In this document: positions 23,671-26,886 of the stretch, in pieces
Layout of the letters: every line of letters starts with the position of its first letter
How positions within the stretch are numbered: the first letter of the stretch is position 1
Virus record (IMG/VR): IMGVR_UViG_3300032216_000404
Location: 1-26,886 of that record
DNA: 26,886 nucleotides
From: a virus
Taxonomy: Duplodnaviria; Caudoviricetes
Direction: 5' to 3' (one strand)
The notes under the pieces: generated by a model
Told to the model about the DNA's origin: nothing
What the model saw: only the letters and a program-made list of their open reading frames with translations
Databases searched by the model: none
Made by a program: the position numbers and the translations under genes

Positions 23671-24996
23671 TTACTGGTTGATGTTCAACACTGCGAACTT
23701 ACGATAGTACACGTTAGTGTTTGTCGTAATTGCGCCAGCTAGTGAACCACCCGACGTACCGTCTGCGAATGGATTTGAGACCATGCCGTAGCGAGTCTTG
23801 AATCCAACCTTTGGCTGGTAGTTGTCTGGGTCGATAGCACGAACCATCTGTAGAGGAACGTATGGGCAGTAGAAGAGACCAGCGTCATAAGGCGTTGTTC
23901 CCTTGTAACCAACCACAACGTAGTCAGATGCAGATACCGAGTATGGATCAACATAAACCTTGATGCGTCCGAACAGAGTACCAGCAAAGGTATTACCTGT
24001 ATCGTCAACAGTTAGGTTTGTGTTGTTAGCAAGTGCTGAGTTGTAGTCTAGAAGACCTGACATTGCAAGAGCCGAGCCAACGTCTGACGAGACGATTAGC
24101 AGGTTGCCCTTACCACGACGAGTATCCTTAGCAATCTTGTTGCTTGCGCGTTCGATTGCGAATAGGAGGCTCTTGTACTTTTCTACCTGCCAGCGACCAG
24201 AAGTATCTGTATTGCTTGATAGGTTGAAGGCTGCAGTTGCAGCACCTAGAATACCAACGTTGGCTGTTGCATAGACTGTACGAACAACTTCACGATTGAT
24301 TTCTGCAAGGATTTCAGTCGATAGGATGTTTGATAGTTCTGTTTCAGCATCTAGACCGTGAATAGCCTTAAGATCCTGAGCAAGTTCCATCGTGTACGAA
24401 GCCTGTAGACCGCGAGTCTTAGCAGTAACAGACACGCGCTCAATTGAGAACGCCATGTTTGCCATGTTTAGAGTTTCGCCAGTTGCAGTTGTAATGCCGA
24501 TACCAAGGTTTGCCGTTGTCATTGCTGCAACGTTCTGGCTTAGGTTTACGATTGCGTTAGCAACTGTGTCGTTAGGCGTACCAGCAAATACAGTGTTAGC
24601 TTCAGTTACGAACGCTTCTGTACCGTTTGGCGCAGTATACTTGCTGCGCATTGCAAAGATCAGTCCTGTTGGACCAGTCATTGGCTGCACGCCGCAGATG
24701 TCGTATGCCATTAGGTTTGGAAGAGCACGACGAACCAGTCCGATAAGGATTGGATCGAAGCCAGCCATTGTTGCCGAACCCTGAGCCGACGTTACTGAGC
24801 CACCGGCACCAGCAATGTTAACAGGGGTTGCTTCGAATAGGCGTCCATAATTTGACGCTTCTTCTGCTAGAGCACGCTCTTGGTTTTCCAGAACGAGTGC
24901 AGTAACTGCACGCTTGTAAGGATCTGAGATCTTTGGGAGTTCTGGGTGATCAAGAACTGGTGCCCACTTCTTAGCATGTGTTTCGTTAAGATACAT
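23671..24996 (-). CDS. 23: Major capsid protein gp23
   Basis: KWAPVL, LENQE, FDPILIGLVRR, GVQPMTGPTGLIFAMRS, ELAQDLKAIHGLDAE.EL, EINREV, FYCPYVPLQM, GFKTRYG. Confidence 0.98.
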   Translation of the reverse strand: MYLNETHAKKWAPVLDHPELPKISDPYKRAVTALVLENQERALAEEASNYGRLFEATPVNIAGAGGSVTSAQGSATMAGFDPILIGLVRRALPNLMAYDICGVQPMTGPTGLIFAMRSKYTAPNGTEAFVTEANTVFAGTPNDTVANAIVNLSQNVAAMTTANLGIGITTATGETLNMANMAFSIERVSVTAKTRGLQASYTMELAQDLKAIHGLDAETELSNILSTEILAEINREVVRTVYATANVGILGAATAAFNLSSNTDTSGRWQVEKYKSLLFAIERASNKIAKDTRRGKGNLLIVSSDVGSALAMSGLLDYNSALANNTNLTVDDTGNTFAGTLFGRIKVYVDPYSVSASDYVVVGYKGTTPYDAGLFYCPYVPLQMVRAIDPDNYQPKVGFKTRYGMVSNPFADGTSGGSLAGAITTNTNVYYRKFAVLNINQ

Positions 24997-25025
24997 TTTA
25001 AATTTCTCCGTAGTTCTTTAGATTA

Positions 25026-26192
25026 TCACTTAGGTAGTGATTTTGTAATTGATCGAACATAATGTGCCATAATGCCAGTTGTGTCTACTTCAGGTTGTGG
25101 CTCAGACGTCTCTTCGGCAACCTTTACCTCACTCACGATTTTCTTTGTTGGGAAGTAGTTCTCGCGAATTGTTGCGAGTTTATTATCAAAATCACCTTCT
25201 GTGGTGAACTCCACGCCCTCTGCGAGCGACTTCAATTTTGCGATTTGCGTTTCGGTAAGACCACTGCAAGCCTTACGAATTGCTTCATTCTTCTTTGATT
25301 CGTTGAGTTCTGCACGAACAGCATCGAATTCTACCTTAGCAGCTTCAAATGACTCTTCAAGCTCAACTACTCTTACTGCTAGTTCTTCTGCTACATCTAG
25401 CTTCTCGTCAGGGATTTCGATGTAGTGTTCGTTGAACAGATTCTTTAGACCACTGATAAAGTCTTCAGTCAGTTCAGCGCGAAGACCTGTTTCAACAGCA
25501 ACCTGATTCTCTGTCATCCATTCTTCAACGACGTAGTTTAGATACGCATCGACTTGTTCTGATAATTCTGTCTTAAGCGATGAATATGCTTCTTCAAGAA
25601 CGGTGTCATTATCAGCAAGAACGTCTTCGACGATTCTTTCAACACGAGCCTGTACAGCTGATTCAAAAATCAGTGTAGCCTTGACGCGGAAGTCTTCAGA
25701 TAGCGATTCGCCGTTGAACAGCGCATCAACATCTTCCTTCATGCTTCCCTTGTGCTTGCGAACCATTTCCTTCATCATTTCTTTCTTAGCAGCAAGAATG
25801 TCTTCTTCAGACAGAGTATCTTCTTCTTCTGTTTCTTCATCTTCAGAGATAACATACTCATCTTCTGAATGCTCAACTGAATCGCCGAAACCTGAAGTGG
25901 TCGCTTTCTTTAGAGCAGGTGGCGCTGGGCTCTTTCCTGCTGGTTTTTCTTGGTCTTGCTTTCTATTGCCTGGGGATGGTGACTTCTTAACTGCAGCTGC
26001 AGCAGCCACGCCAACGCTTGGATCTGGATCGTTTTGACCAGCACCTTCGCCTGAACCTGAGTAGTCGTCTTGTGGTGTTGCACCGCCCAGATCATTTACT
26101 GGTGCGTTCATCGATGGCATAGGATCCTGCTTTCTACCATTCATAGAAGCCTTTAGGATTTCTGCAGCGGATTCTGATAATGTCTTAGCCAT
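25026..26192 (-). CDS. 22: Prohead core scaffold protein gp22
   Basis: LSEDFRVKATLIFESAV, YLNYVVEEW..EN, EDFISGLKNLF.EHYI.IP, LTETQ..KL..LAEGV; between gp21 and gp23. Confidence 0.92.
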   Translation of the reverse strand: MAKTLSESAAEILKASMNGRKQDPMPSMNAPVNDLGGATPQDDYSGSGEGAGQNDPDPSVGVAAAAAVKKSPSPGNRKQDQEKPAGKSPAPPALKKATTSGFGDSVEHSEDEYVISEDEETEEEDTLSEEDILAAKKEMMKEMVRKHKGSMKEDVDALFNGESLSEDFRVKATLIFESAVQARVERIVEDVLADNDTVLEEAYSSLKTELSEQVDAYLNYVVEEWMTENQVAVETGLRAELTEDFISGLKNLFNEHYIEIPDEKLDVAEELAVRVVELEESFEAAKVEFDAVRAELNESKKNEAIRKACSGLTETQIAKLKSLAEGVEFTTEGDFDNKLATIRENYFPTKKIVSEVKVAEETSEPQPEVDTTGIMAHYVRSITKSLPK

Positions 26193-26220
26193 TTTGTTCT
26201 AACTCCTGAAGAAGTAAATA

Positions 26221-26228
26221 TATTTATA
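26221..26228 (-). promoter_or_regulatory. T4-type late promoter TATAAATA
   Basis: Exact match between gp21 and gp22, followed by an AGGAG SD. Confidence 0.8.
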
Positions 26229-26232
26229 AAAA

Positions 26233-26877
26233 TTAAAGTTTTGACAAGAAGTTTTCGAAGATCTTCAACGAAACTTCGTCAATTTGCTTTTGTTTTGCAG
26301 ATCTGATTTCGTTATAATAAGCGTTGACGTCAAGTTCTTTGACAACGCCATTATCCCAAACCCATTCCTTCCCTTCCATAATGCCTTGTACGAAAGCACC
26401 AGGAGCAGAAGGATCTGCTACAATATCAGCCGCTGTGGCTAGATAATAGTCGTCTTGCACCATGTTGACACCATTCACTTCTTTTAGTGAACCCATGCCG
26501 CGTGATGACACACCTAGAGTTGCGCCGCCTTCCATAAGGCTCTTTGCGATTTTACCCATAGGTGTTTCAAGAATCTTTGCTTTACCAATCCAGTTCTTAC
26601 CTTCTTGGCGTAGATTGGTGATTAGATGCGATACGCGATCTAGATTGATTGTTGGAGAATCAGGATGCCCTAATTCACCGAAAGCACGGTTCTTCTCTAC
26701 ATATTCTTTCATGTAGCGACCAACTTCTTTCGAGAGGATCTTGTTCTCATAGATGCGGTTATTGCGATTAGGCGTGTCGGCAACAAGGAATGGACCTTCG
26801 ATGAACAGCGACTTGACGCCGTTCTTTTCTTCGGTCATGTATCTAACTTGTTCGACTGTTTCTCTGATTAGTTTCAT
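26233..26877 (-). CDS. 21: Prohead protease gp21
   Basis: MKLIRE, IEGPFL, NRNNRIY, GELGHP, NLDRVSH, TPMGKI, GVSSRGMGS, DIVADPSAP.A. Confidence 0.96.
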   Translation of the reverse strand: MKLIRETVEQVRYMTEEKNGVKSLFIEGPFLVADTPNRNNRIYENKILSKEVGRYMKEYVEKNRAFGELGHPDSPTINLDRVSHLITNLRQEGKNWIGKAKILETPMGKIAKSLMEGGATLGVSSRGMGSLKEVNGVNMVQDDYYLATAADIVADPSAPGAFVQGIMEGKEWVWDNGVVKELDVNAYYNEIRSAKQKQIDEVSLKIFENFLSKL

Positions 26878-26886
26878 TTTTATAGC

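Noticed and set aside
1-26886. tRNA or rRNA genes
   Set aside because: No cloverleaf with a T-loop GTTCRA or rRNA-like sequence was seen in the short intergenic spaces by eye; a tRNAscan-SE run would confirm.

Overview
This 26.9 kb window comes from a T4-like myovirus. Its gene order resembles marine/freshwater exo-T-even phages, and every supported gene lies on the minus strand. Reading in transcription order (right to left): head genes gp21, gp22, gp23; gp3; uvsY; uvsW; gp55; gp47; gp46; peptide deformylase; a zincin/VWA (CobT-like) protein and a MoxR/CobS-like AAA+ ATPase separated by three small ORFs; a small winged-HTH gene; a putative DNA hypermodification module (TET/JBP-type 2OG-Fe(II) dioxygenase, GT-B glycosyltransferase, GT-A glycosyltransferase); a nuclease-less NUMOD3 homing-endonuclease remnant; dNMP kinase; gp45; dsbA-like; a Tat-signal protein; gp44; a Zn-finger insertion; gp62; regA; dUTPase; Hsp20; dCMP deaminase; and a block of small early ORFs. 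The best candidate for a new system is the dioxygenase plus two glycosyltransferases. The dioxygenase and the GT-B enzyme end in the same peptide (STLEDLFG / STLDDLFG), which resembles the gp45 sliding-clamp docking motif and suggests replisome-tethered base oxidation and glycosylation. Other notable signals are four early promoters each carrying an IHF consensus site, a ROSE-like thermometer on hsp20, an uncalled 41-aa ArfA-like ORF, several structured intergenic elements and an antisense promoter facing the late genes. All calls come from motif recognition and synteny by eye; no database searches were run.
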